Source of the DNA: Malacoraja senta
Taxonomy: Eukaryota
Reading direction: 5' to 3'
NCBI GenBank assembly: GCA_038087875.1
Contig: CM075999.1
Location: 2,234,001-2,298,000, forward strand
Length of the DNA stretch: 64,000 nucleotides
The position numbers were made by a program, and so were the translations under genes. Shown here in pieces: positions 25,895 through 37,544 of this stretch (the stretch's first letter is position 1; each line of letters begins with the position of its first letter). The notes beneath the pieces are model-generated. The model was not told the DNA's origin, searched no databases, and saw only the letters and a list, made by a program, of their open reading frames with translations.

Positions 25895-26782
25895 ATAGAC
25901 AATCGACAATAGGTGCAAAAGTAGGCCATTCAGCCCTTCGAGCCAGCACCGCCATTCAATGTGATCATGGTTGATCATCCACAATCAGTACCCCGTTCCT
26001 GCCTTCTCCCCATATCCCTTGACTCCGCTATCTTTAAGAGCTCTATCTAACTCTCTCTTGAAAGCATCCAGAGAACCGGCAGAGAATTCCACACACTCAC
26101 AACTCTCTGTGTGAAAAAGTATTTCCTCATCTCCGTTCTAAATGGCTTACCCCTTATTCTTAAACTGTGGCCCCTGGTTCTGGACTCGTGATAACTGCAG
26201 CCATAAGCCCAGTGCACCCTGCAGCGAGAAGCAATGAAAGGCAGATCGAACACACTGTTGACAAAAGTTCATAAATGATAGCAGCAGAATTAGGCCATTC
26301 AGCCCATCAAGTCTACTCCGCAATTCAATCATGGCTGGTCTATCTCTCCCTCCTAACCCCATTCTCCTGCCTTCTCCGCATAACCCCTGACACCCACACT
26401 AAACAAGAATCTTATCTATCTCTGCCTTAAAAATATCCATTGACTTGGCCTCCACAGCCTTCTGTGGCAATTAATTCCACAGATTCACCACCCTCTGACT
26501 AAAGAAATTCCTCCTCATCTCCTTCCCAAAGGAAAGTCCTTACATTCTGAGGCTGTGACCTCTGGTACTAGACTCTCCCACCAGTGGAAACATCCTCTCC
26601 ACATCCACTCTATCCAGGCCTTTCATTATTCAGTAAGTTTCAATGAGGTCCCCCCTCTTCCTTCTAAACTCCAGCGAGTACAGGCCCAGTGCTGTCAAAT
26701 CACATGTCAACCCACTCACTCCTGGGATCATTCTCGTAAACCTCCTCTGGGCCCTACCAACGCCAGCACATCCTTCCTCAGG
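25895..26782 (-). mobile_element. Two CR1 3' fragments of different subfamilies (25895-26187 and 26270-26782)
   Basis: Both carry the RTRGHSL...FFxQRVVxxWNSL-coding region. 3' UTRs differ (GGCTCGAAGGG vs GACTTGATGGG types). Confidence 0.8.
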
Positions 26783-26957
26783 TATGGTGGCCGAGACCTT
26801 GCTCCTATTTCAGATACACCTGCTCAGGTACCTCCCTGGCAGCTACAAACCCAATGTGTAGGAAGGAACTGCAGATGCTGGTTTAAACCGAAGATAGACT
26901 AAAAAAGCTGGAGTAACTCAGCGGGTCAGACATCATCTCTGGAGAGAAGGAATGGGT

Positions 26958-26985
26958 GACGTTTCGGGTCGAGACCCTTCTTCAG
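26958..26985 (-). ncRNA. Minimal hammerhead ribozyme motif
   Basis: Reverse complement of the intact 28-mer. It faces the plus-strand copy at 27184. Confidence 0.75.
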
Positions 26986-27183
26986 ACTAAGAGTCAGGGG
27001 AAAGGGAAACGAGAGATAACTATTTTCTCTCGTTAAATAGCTAACAATGGCCTGTTCCCTTTATTATTATTATTTTTTTTTTGCATATCTTTCATTAATT
27101 TGTTCTATATCACCGCTAAATCTCTGGTTTCCCTTTCCCCTGACTCTCGGTCTGAAGAAGGGTCACCGTCTCTATCTCTCAGG

Positions 27184-27211
27184 CTGAAGAAGGGTCTCGA
27201 CCCGAAACGTC
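27184..27211 (+). ncRNA. Minimal type-I hammerhead ribozyme motif (Penelope-associated)
   Basis: CTGAAGA A GGGT-CTCG-ACCC GAAA CG TC: core CUGANGA, stem II hairpin, GAAA, loopless palindromic helix III (ACGT), GUC cleavage triplet. Confidence 0.75.
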
Positions 27212-28249
27212 ACCTATTCCTTCTCTCCAGAGATGCTGCCTGACCCGCTGAGTTACTCCAGCTCGAAACACAAGTCTTGTTAGATGGCAATCCGACTTCA
27301 GGTACATTTGCATGCCATGCCATTCCTGCCTTCAAGTTCACTTGACCTGACCCTGCATTGTATTTGCCCGTGAGCCCAGTACACTCCACAGTGAGAAGCA
27401 ATTAAAGACAGCTCAAACACACTGTTGATAAAAGTTGCAACTCACTATTTAAGCCACTGACTCTTACAAAAGCCAGCGTTACTGAAGACCCATTTCCAGA
27501 GGGTTAAAGCAGTAATGTATGTACTTTTTAATCTTAACCATCCATAGAAACATAGAAACATAGAAAATAGGTGCTGGTGGGGGCCATTCGGCCCTTCGAG
27601 CCAGCACCGCCATTCATTGCGATCATCGCTGATCATCCCCAATCAATAACTCGTGCCTGCCTTCTTCCCATATCCCTTGATTCCACTAGCCCCTAGAGCT
27701 CTCTCTAACTCTCTCTTAAATCCATCCAGTGTCTTGGCCTCCACTGCCCTCTGTGGCAGGGAATCCACAAATTCACAAATCTCTGGGTGAAAAAGTTTTT
27801 TTCACCTCAGTCCTGAAATGGCTTCCCTTTTATTCTAAGACTGTGACCCCCTGGTTCTGGACTCGCCCAACATTGGGAACATTTTTCCTGCATCTAGCTT
27901 GTCCAGTCCTTTTATAATTTTATATGTTTCTATAAGTTAGTTCTATAAGTATCCCATTGATAAAAGGCTGGCAATTTTATTTTATTCCTGTCTGAACCTG
28001 TTGATACTTTCCTAATGGCAATTCCGATTGAAGAGATATATTTAACTGTTTCCCATATTATTTGGTTTAGCAGAACGCTGCTGGACCTATTTATGTATTC
28101 ATTTATTTGCATGGTTAATTCAACAATTTTTCGGCGCATACATTAAATACAATCTTCATGAAACGATTCACGAACATCTTTGAAATGTATTGTTTCACTT
28201 CAAAGGTTAGCCTTGCGGAATGCTTGCAGAATACTTTGAGAATACTCGA

Positions 28250-28770
28250 GTCAGTCCGCCTCTACCTCTGTGACTTCCTGGTTGCTAAACACTTTAACTC
28301 CCCCTCCCATTCCCACACTGTCTTTAATGTCCTGGGCCTCCTCCATTGTCAGAGTGAGGCCCAGCGCAAATTGGAGGAACAGCACCTCATATTTTGCTTG
28401 GGCAGCTTACAGCCCAGTGGTATGAACATTGACTTCTCTAACTTCAAGTAACCCTTGCTTTCCCTCTCTCTCCATCCCCTCCTTCCCATTTCTCCGACCA
28501 GTCTGACTGCCTCCGACTACATTTCATCTCTGTTGGCTTTGTCCTCACCTTCTCCCAACTAGCAATGATCTATTCTACATTCTCCTTGATCTCCATTCCC
28601 TTTGTCCTGTTTTCACACCGTACCCTTCCTTATCTCTGTATCTCCCTCTCCCCTGACATTAGTCTGGAGAAAGGGCGCGACCCAAAATGTCACCCATTCC
28701 TTCTCTCCAGGGATGCTGCCTGTCCCGCTGAGTTTTCGGTTTAAACCGGCACCTGCAGTTCCTTCCTCCA
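28250..28770 (+). mobile_element. Penelope-like 3' fragment
   Basis: VAKHFNSPSHSH...RKLEEQHLIFCLGSLQPSGMNIDFSNFK, then pyrimidine-rich UTR and terminal repeat. Confidence 0.85.
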
Positions 28771-28976
28771 CCGTATTGGGTTTACTGATCGCCTCATTAA
28801 CACGGCTGCTGCAGTTGGGGAGGCAGCCAGCTTGATAGCGTACAACAATTAATTAAACCTCCAGCACTGTTTGAGATTCTTGCAGCATTCAGCAGCATTT
28901 GGAACTCAAAGTCGTGATTTCAGTAGTCGGACGGTCCACATTTTCCTCCCAGGCCCAAAGAACATATAACAGTACA

Positions 28977-29828
28977 GGGCGGCACAGTGGCGCTCAGCGG
29001 TAGCGTTGCTGCCTCACAGCGCCAGAGACACGGGTTCGAACCCGACTGCGGGTGCTGTCTGTACGGAGTTTGTACGTTCTCCCCATGACCCGCGTGGGTT
29101 TTCTCCGGGTGCTCCTGCTTCCTCCCACACTCCAAAGACGTGCAGGTTTGTAGGTTTAAGAAGGAACTGCAGATGCTGGAAAATCGAAGGTAGACAAAAA
29201 GTGCTGGAGAAACTCAGCGGGTGCAGCAGCATCTATGGAGCGAAGGAAATAGGCAACGTTTTCGGGCTGAAACACTTCAGGAAGGAAATAGGTAACGTTT
29301 CGGGCCGAAACCCGGAAGGGTTTCGGGCCGAAACGTTGCCTATTTCCTTCGCTCCATAGATGCTGCTGCACCTGCTGAGTTTCTCCAGCACTTTTTCGGG
29401 ATGAAACCCTTCAGGAAGGAAATAGGTAACGTTTCGGGCCGAAACGTTGCCTATTTCCTTCGCTCCATAGATGCTGCTGCACCCGCTGAGTTTCTCCAGC
29501 ACTTTTGTCTACCATCAACACAATATGGACTCGTCTGCAAATCACAAGGTGCTGGAGTAACTCTGCGGGCAGCACGGTGGCGCAGCAGTAGAGTTGCTGC
29601 CTGAGACCCAGGTCCCGAAACGTTGCCTATTTCCTTCGCTCCATAGATGCTGCTGCACCCGCTGAGTTCCTCCAGCACTTTTGTCTACCTCAGGTTTGTA
29701 GGTTAATTGGCTTCTGTAAGTTGTCCCTTCTGTGCAACATGGAACTAGTGTTCTGGGAGGTTCGCTGGTCTGCACGGACTCGGTGGGCCGAAGGGCCTGA
29801 TTCCGCGCTGTGTCTCAAAACGAAATAA
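28977..29828 (+). mobile_element. HE1-type SINE interrupted by a Penelope-derived insertion
   Basis: Consensus is continuous across the 14-bp TSD. Confidence 0.82.
29157..29690. mobile_element. Rearranged Penelope-derived insertion inside an HE1 SINE; 14-bp TSD
   Basis: CAGGTTTGTAGGTT at 29143-29156 and 29691-29704. Multiple direct and inverted terminal-repeat pieces. Confidence 0.8.
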
Positions 29829-30031
29829 ACTTGCTCTACACATCTCCTCAAAACTTTTCCCCACTCACCTTAAAGCTCGTTTGACTTTTAGTTTGACTTT
29901 AGGTCCCTACGGCTTTCATGTAATTTTCCAAGGAATTCCATCCACCCATTGATGCATTGAGGCAAGTGTACAAGTGTTTTTTTCCAAATACAGCTTCAAT
30001 TATTGTGTACTTTCTGTGTTGTGTGATTTAA

Positions 30032-30668
30032 TGTCTGGGCCCAGGTGTTCCCAGGTGGCTGGGTCCAGGTGTTCCCAGGTGTCTGGGCCCAGGTGTTCCC
30101 AGGTGTCTGGGTCCAGGTGTTCCCAGGTGTCTGGGCCCAGGTGTTCCAGGTGTCTGGGCCCAGGTGTCCCCAGGTGTCTGGGCCCAGGTGTTCCCAGGTG
30201 TCTGGGCCCAGGTGTTCCAGGTGTCTGGGCCCAGGTGTTCCCAGGTGTCTGGGTCCAGGTGTTCCCAGGAGTCTGGGTCCAGGTGTTCCCAGGTGTCTGG
30301 TCCCAGTTGTTCCCAGGTGTCTGGGCCCAGTTGTTCCCAGGTGTCTGGGCCCAGGTGTTCCAGGTGTCTGGGCCCAGGTGTTCCAGGTGTCTGGGCCCAG
30401 GTGTTCCCAGGTGTCTGGGTCCAGGTGTTCCCAGGAGTCTGGGTCCAGGTGTTCCCAGGTGTCTGGGTCCAGGTGTTCCCAGGAGTCTGGGCCCAGGTGT
30501 TCCAGGTGTCTGGGCCCAGGTGTTCCAGGTGTCTGGGCCCAGGTGTTCCCAGGTGTCTGGGTCCAGGTGTTCCCAGGTGTCTGGGCCCAGGTGTTCCCAG
30601 GTGTCTGGGCCCAGGTGTTCCCAGGTGTCTAGGCCCAGGTGTTCCCAGGTGTCTGGACTCGGGTGTTC
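30032..30668. repeat. 23/24-bp minisatellite CCAGGTGTTC(C)CAGGTGTCTGGGC, ~26 units
   Basis: Direct reading. Internal CCAGGTGT sub-repeat. Confidence 0.95.
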
Positions 30669-31212
30669 CTGCAGAAAGGTCACAGAAACCGGGAGGGCCA
30701 CAGAAACCGAACATGTTTTGGCCGTTAAAGAGAGACCCGGCCTCGGGGGCCGCTGAGAATGAAGAGGGACTCCAGGAAGGGAAGGGGGGTGGGGGGGAGG
30801 GCGGGGGGAGAAGGAAGGGGACTATTGGGACTATATTGAATACTTTTGTAAAATTCATTTTTTGAAATTTAGTTCAATTTAGTTTAGAAATACAGTGTGG
30901 AAAGCGGCCCTTGGGCCCACCGAGTCCACGCCGAACAACGATCATGGTACACTAATTCTATCTGCCATGCTGGAGACAAGTTACACAGGCTTGTTAACCT
31001 ACAAAGCTGTAAAGTCTTTGGAGTGTGGGAGGAAACTGGAGATCCCAGAGAAAACCCACGCAGGTCACAAGGAGAACGTACAAACTCCGCACAGACAGCA
31101 CCCGTAGTCAGGATTGAACCTGGCAACAGGTTTTGTGTCTATCTTCCGTTTAAACCAGCATCTGCAGTTCCTTCCCAAACAGTTCTATGAGCTGTGCCAC
31201 CACGCCACTTTT

Positions 31213-31572
31213 AGACATAGACAATAGGTGGAGGAGTAGGCCATTCGGCCCTTCGAGCCAGCACCGCCATTCATTGTGATCATGGCTGATCGTCTCCTAT
31301 CAATAACCCGTGCCTGCCTTCTCCCCATATCCCTTGATTCCACTAGCCCCTAGAGCTCTATCTAACTCTCTCTTAAATCCATCCAGTGATTTGGCCTCCG
31401 CTGCCCTCTGTGGCAGGGAATTCCACAAATTTACAACTCTCTGGTTGAAACGTTTTTTTCTCACCTCAGTCTTAAATGGCCTCCCCTTTATTCTAAGACT
31501 GTGGCCCCTGGTTCTGGACTCGCCCCAACATTGGGAACATTTTTCCTGCATCTAGCTTGTCCAGTCCTTTTT
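31213..31572 (-). mobile_element. CR1 LINE 3' fragment directly downstream of the tRNA-Cys copy
   Basis: ORF 31300-31551 RTRGHSLRIKGRPF...QRVVNLWNSLP...GYGEKAGTGY and CR1 3' UTR. Confidence 0.9.
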
Positions 31573-31574
31573 GA

Positions 31575-31646
31575 AGGGGGCACCCAGATTTGAAGCAGGG
31601 ACCTCTTGACCTGCAGCCAAATGCTCTACCACTGAGCTATACCACT
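31575..31646 (-). pseudogene. tRNA-Cys(GCA) pseudogene or retro-copy
   Basis: Reverse complement AGTGGTATAGCTCAGTGGTAGAGCATTTGGCTGCAGGTCAAGAGGTCCCTGCTTCAAATCTGGGTGCCCCCT (72 nt) matches vertebrate tRNA-Cys with anticodon GCA. It has mismatches in the acceptor stem and a G53>C change in the T-arm/B box. Confidence 0.85.
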
Positions 31647-32384
31647 CCCCCCCCCACCCAAGTTTTAATTTCAAACGATTATTCCTGTAATTTAATTTAG
31701 TTCAGAAGCCCTTCAGCCCATCGAGTCTGTACCGACCAGTGATCCCCGCACGCTAACACTATCCCACACACACTAGGGACAATTTAACAACTGCACCAAG
31801 CCATTTAACCTACAAACCTGTACGTCTTTGCAGTAAACATCCTTTCAAAACAAAGTTGAAATTTCTGTAAGTTGAGTTTAAAAAAATTCTCAGTCATCCC
31901 CAGAAATAAACAAGCAAGCCATCTTTTATTATTCATTTTCTGCATCAGCTGCAATTGGTTCTACAGAGGGTCGCTTGTCAGAAGCTCCTGCTGTTCGGCA
32001 CAACACTGCCTACACACAGCTGTGCAAGCTTTCACTGAAAGAGGGAATAATAGCTCTTGCCACCAGCCAGCCCACAAACAAATTACCTCAGTTTGCAATT
32101 GAATTGTTTGTTTCTTTTGGTTCATATTCAGTTAGTGTCGTTCAGTTTAGTTTATATAGAGATATAGCGCGGAAACAGGCCCACCGTGTCCGCACCAACC
32201 AGCGATCCCCGCACACTGACACTATCCTACACACACTATTTATAGCAAGCCATTTAACCTACAAGCCTGTACGTCTTTGGAGTGTGGGAGGAAACTGAGG
32301 ATCTTGGCGAAAACCCACGCGGGTCACGGGGAGAACGTACAAACTCCGTACAGACAGCAACTGTAGTCGGGAATGAACGCGGGT

Positions 32385-32722
32385 CACTTAGGCGATTTTT
32401 TAGGCAACTACAGGCGACTGGGCTGTTGCCATGTGGTCGCTGGGTTGTCGCCAGGATGACGTAGGATGTCGCCAGGTTGACGTAGGTTGTCGCCGGTGCT
32501 GACTTCGGTGATTTCCATTGGCGACTACCTACGTCAACCTACGCCAACCGGCGACATGTCGACACGTGACTCCTGTATGGTGGCGAGTAGTCGCCCAAAG
32601 AGTCGTACCTTTTTCTGGTCGCAGCTGGATTTTCAACATGTTGAAAATTTTCGGCCACCTGCTGCGAATATGACGGGTGCCGGCAAGTCGCCGAAAAAAA
32701 TTGCGTAAGTGGGACAGGCCTT
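32385..32722. mobile_element. Partial Harbinger-like MITE related to 15044-15374
   Basis: Shares AGTAGTCGCCCAAAGAGTCGTACC...GCGTAAGTGGGACAGGCC right end. Confidence 0.7.
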
Positions 32723-33174
32723 TAGTTAGTTAGTTTCGTTTATCGTCATGTGTACCGAGGTGCAGTGAAAAAGTTTGGTTGCCTGCTAACCAGCCAGCGG
32801 GAAGACAATACATGATCAAAATCTAGCCTTCCACAGTGTACAGATACATGATAACGGGAATAATGGGAATAACATTTAGTGCAAGATAAAGCCAGTAAGG
32901 TCCAATCATAGTCTGAGGGTCTCCAATGAGGTAGATAGTAGTTCAGGCCCACTCTCTGGTTGGTGGTAGGATGGTTCAGTTGCCTGATAACAGCTGGGCA
33001 GAAACTGTCCGTGAATCTGGATGTGTGTGCGTTTTCACACTTCTGTACCTCTTGCCTGATGGGAGAGGGGAGAAGAGGGAGTGGCCGGGTTGCGACTCGT
33101 CTGGTCCTCCCCTTTGTTCTCAGCGGTCCCGAGTCAAGACTCAGATGATGTGCTCGTTGTTTTCTGATCTGATC

Positions 33175-33800
33175 TACCTGATCTCCCGGTTGCCAAACAC
33201 TTTAACTACCCCTCCCATTCCCACACTGACCTTTCTGTCCTGGGCCTCCTCCATTGTCAGAGTGAGGCCCAGCGCAAATTGGAGTAACAGCCCCTCATAT
33301 TTCACTTGGGCAGCTTACACCCCAGCGGTATGAACTTCAAGTAACCCGCGCTTTCCCTCTCTCTCCATCCCTCCCCCTTTCATCGTTCTCCGTCCAGTCC
33401 GACTGTCCTGATTAAATTCTACCTCTGTATGCTTCGTTGTCACCTTCCCCGAGCTAACAATGATCCATTCTACATTTACCTTGATTCTCATCCCCTTTGA
33501 TCTCTTGTCTTCACACCTTACCCTTCCTTTTCCCCGTGTCTCCCTCTCCCCCAGACCCTCAGTCTGAAGAAGTGTCTCGACCCGAAACGTCACCCGTTCC
33601 TTCTCTCCAGAGATGCTGCCTGTCCGTCCCGCTGAGTTACTCCAGCATTTTGTGTCTATCTCCGGTGTAAACCAGCGTCTGCAGTTCCTTCCTGCGCAGA
33701 AGGCAGACAGAAATCGCTGGAGAAACTCAGCGGGTGAGGCAGCATCTATGGAGCGAAGGAATAGGTGACGTTTCAGGTCGAGGCCCTTCTTCAGACTGAT
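33175..33800 (+). mobile_element. Penelope-like 3' fragment followed by an inverted terminal-repeat copy
   Basis: Same EN C-terminal sequence and UTR. Hammerhead-like motif at ~33564 (+) and ~33767 (-). Confidence 0.8.
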
Positions 33801-34489
33801 GTGGGGGAGCGGGGGGTGGGGGGGGAAAGAAGGAAGAAGAAATCCTACACAGATGTGCTTGTTGCTTTCTGGGTGTCAGCCTGCCGTTGTCCACCCATGC
33901 ATTGCCTGCCTGCCTGCGTGCATGTATGAATGCGTGCTGGTGCCAGTCTCCTTGGCCGCACATTGTTCCATCCCTGGCAGTGGACCAGCCTGAGGTAATG
34001 AGAGATTTCATGTACGTTGGCGTTGCAGTGACAGGCGCTGCTCAGTTTAAACTCACACCAGCAACTGCTTCAGTGAGAACAAGTGGAAGTTTGTATTCTT
34101 ATATCAACAAGTCTTTTGAAAACACTCGCTGGATCCAGCACAGTACCGAGCCTGTTCGCACTGCAGTTCTGCAGGTTTCATTTCAATTTAAGCTACTTGA
34201 CCCAAGGTTTAACGTGATCCAGAGAAGGATTTTTGGTAGATTATGACTTTAATATGCACGATAGTGAATTTCACCTCTCTCTGAAATTTTTAATTAGCTT
34301 TGAAGCTTTTTTGTGTGTGTTGAAACAGTTGAAAGTTGCTGTTGTGTAAAACTGTGCAACTCCTCCCCCTTCTGTCGTGGGGTAGACTGACTCCCCTCCC
34401 CCCTCACCCCCACCCTCACCCCCACCCCTCCCCAATCTTTGCACGTCCCAAATCCTGGACGTTCCACTCGTCACTTTAATTTCATTTCT

Positions 34490-35010
34490 CAATAGACAAT
34501 AGACAATAGGTGCACGAGTAGGCCATTCGGCCCTTCGAGCCAGCACCGCCATTCAATGTGATCATGGCTGATCATCCCCAATCAGTACCCCCGTTCCTGC
34601 CTTCTCCCCATATCCCCTGACTCTGCTATTTTTAAGAGTCCTATCTAGTTCTCTCTTGAAAGCATCCAGAGAACCCGCCTCCACCGCCCTCTGAGGCAGA
34701 GAATTCCACAGACTCTGTCTCTTTAGTAAGGATAAGGGGGAAGTCTTTCAGGACCGAGATGAGAATTTTTTTTTTCACACAGAGAGTGGTGAATCTGTGG
34801 AACTCTCTGCCACAGAAGGTAGTTGAGGCCAGTTCATTGGCTATATTTAAGAGGGAGTTAGATGTGGCCCTTGTGGCTAAAGGAGGTATGGAGAGAAGGC
34901 AGGTACAGGAACCTGAGTTGGATGATCAGCCATGATCATATTGAATGGCGGTGCAGGCTCGAAGGGCCAAATGGCCTACTCCTGCACCTATTTTCTATGT
35001 TTCTATGTAT
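34490..35010. mobile_element. Head-to-head pair of CR1 3' ends
   Basis: Minus copy 34490-34715 and plus copy 34725-35010, both with CR1 3' UTR and tails. Confidence 0.8.
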
Positions 35011-36819
35011 CTCTGTGTTGTTTTATGACTGTTGGCAGATCAATTTCCCACCCGCGATAAATAAAGCTCTATCATATCGTTGAATTTTTTAATGAATAAA
35101 CATTTCATGTCAGTGCAGCCAGTGGAGGTCATAAGAAGAAGGAACTCGGACGAGAAACCTGTAAATGGAAATTAATGCAATTAGTAAGCTGCCAGCTTCC
35201 ACATAATTTATTTTAAACCATTGATTAAGGTCATAACTTATCCGTAATAAGGATCCAGGACCTGAAACATTAAACACAGTGACACAGCTGTAGAGTTGCC
35301 ACATCACCGCGCCAGAGACCCAGGTTCCATCCTAAGCATGGGTGCTGTCTGTACGGAGTTTGTACGTTCTCCCTGTGACCGCGTGGGTTTTCTCCAGGTT
35401 CCCCAGTTTCCTCCCACGCTCCAAAGACGTGCAGGTTTTGTAGGTTAATTGCTTTCGGTAAACATAATAGTCCCTAGTATGTGTAGGATAGAACTTGTGT
35501 TATATACCCACATTTACACCAAGGCAATTAACCTACAGACCTGTGTGTCTTTGGAGTGTGGGAGGAAACCCACGTAGCGACTGCGGAGGCCTCAATAGGC
35601 CCGACCATGGGTGAACAAGAGGAAGAGGACTGGACTTTGCTGCCTTCCCTCACATTGGGAACCATTGTGGGAGGATGTTTTTATGTTTTATGTTCAATTC
35701 TTCAATGTTGTGTTTTATTCTTATTGGTGTGCTGCAAATGGCAACTCAAAATTCACTACACCAATTGGTGTACGTGACAATAAATGTCCGTTGTCCTTGT
35801 CCTTTGTAGGTCACAGGGAGAACGTACAAACTCTACAGACAGCACCCGTGGTCAGGATCGAGCTCGTGTCCCAGGCGCTGTGAGGCAGCAACGCTACCGC
35901 TGCGCCACCGTGCCGCCCTTGGGAACACTTGGTAGTTGGGATGAAGTTGTTCTTGAACTGGGCAGTCACGGTTTTTAGACTCCTGTATCTTCTTCTTCCA
36001 CTTTTTGTACGCTCTGTTGTCCCTGGACGTTCGAGTTGCTGAATCAGGCCACGTGTTGGACCTAGTTGGCAGAAAATAAACCGGAAATGTTCCATCTTTG
36101 CTGGCGTCGGCCCCTGTACGGCAACTCAAACATGTTGGACGTGGTCCAAGGAGGAGCCTCCTCTGAATGTATCTCCCCACCTGGTTTATACATTACTGCT
36201 GAACTAGGTCCTTGAAGTCATACTTGACTTACATCAGGCACCCCACAAACAAAATAACGGCATGGACTTTCAATGCTTTGCCAAGTTGGACAAATTCATA
36301 ACGCAGGTGGAGACACAAGATACTGCACGTTCTCCCCGTGACCTGCGCGGGTTTTCTCCGAGATCTTCGGTTTTCTCCCACACTCCAAAGACGTACAGGT
36401 TTGTAGGTTAATTGGCTTGGTATAAATGTAAAAATTGTTCCTGATGTGTGTAAGATAGTGTTAATGTGCGTGGATCGCTGGTTGGTGCGGACTTGGTGGG
36501 CCGAAAAGCCTGTTTCCGCGCTGGATCTCTCAACTAAACTAAACTAGAAGATCCGGGTGCTGTCTGTACGGAGTTTGCACGGTCTCCCCATGACCTGCCT
36601 GGGTTTTCTCCAGGTGCTCCCCCCCCCCCCCCCTCCGGTTTCCTCTCACTCCAAAGACGTGCAGTTTTGTAGGTTAATTGGCCTCCGACCCGAAATGTCA
36701 CCCGCCCATTTCCCCCAGAGTTGCTGCCTGACCCACTGAGTTACTCCAGCACTTTGTGTCTATCTTTGGTATAAACCAGCATCTGCAGTTCCTTCCTACA
36801 CTTGGTTTAGTTTGTGTTT

Positions 36820-37120
36820 GCAGTTTAGAGATGCAATGTGGAAAGAGGCCCTTCGGCCCACCGAGTCCGTGCCGACCAGCGATCACCCTGCACGCTAACA
36901 CTATCCTACACACACCAGGGACAATTTACATTGTTACTGAAGCCAATGAATGTACAAAAACCTGCACGTCTTTGGAGTGCGGGAGGAAAGCGGAGCACCT
37001 GGAATCCCACGCGGTCACGGGGAGAAGGTACAAACTCTGTACAGACAGCGCCCGTAGTCAAGATCGAGCCCGGGTCTCTGGCGCTGTGAGGCAGCAACTC
37101 TACCGCTGCGCCACCGTGCC
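36820..37120 (-). mobile_element. HE1-type SINE
   Basis: Reverse consensus. Confidence 0.85.
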
Positions 37121-37544
37121 ACTCCAGCACTAAAGAACAAAACTGCGTTTGTTTCTCCAACTGAATATTCGGAGCACAGAGCTTTGAAGGGCACGTCTTT
37201 TGAAGTTGCAATTTTGATGGTAATTTAAAAGTTACAGGGAAACAGAAACATTGCTCTCGTCCCTGAGAAAATAACGTTGTTAAAAGAATCTCAGAGATGA
37301 CGACTGACAAGAATCCAGAGTGTTTAATTGTCATGTATACTGACAATGAAACAATAAAATGTTTACTTGCAAGAGCATTGGAGGCTTGTAAACACAATGC
37401 TGTCTCGAACAAGAACATTGAACATCAGCAGGATGGCACAGTGGTACACCTGAAGAAGGGTCTCGACCCAAAACGTCACCCATTCCTTCTCTCCAGAGAT
37501 GCTGCCCATTCCGCTGAGTTACTCCAGCATTTCATAAGAAAAAT

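Larger units (their letters stand above)
26855..27265. mobile_element. Head-to-head Penelope-derived element with hammerhead motifs on both strands
   Basis: Inverted arms. Imperfect TSD AAACCCAA (26847) / AAACACAA (27266). Confidence 0.75.

Noticed and set aside
29974..30865. Overlapping 195-276 aa ORFs on both strands
   Set aside because: Stop-free 23/24-bp minisatellite. Unit-length changes shift frames.
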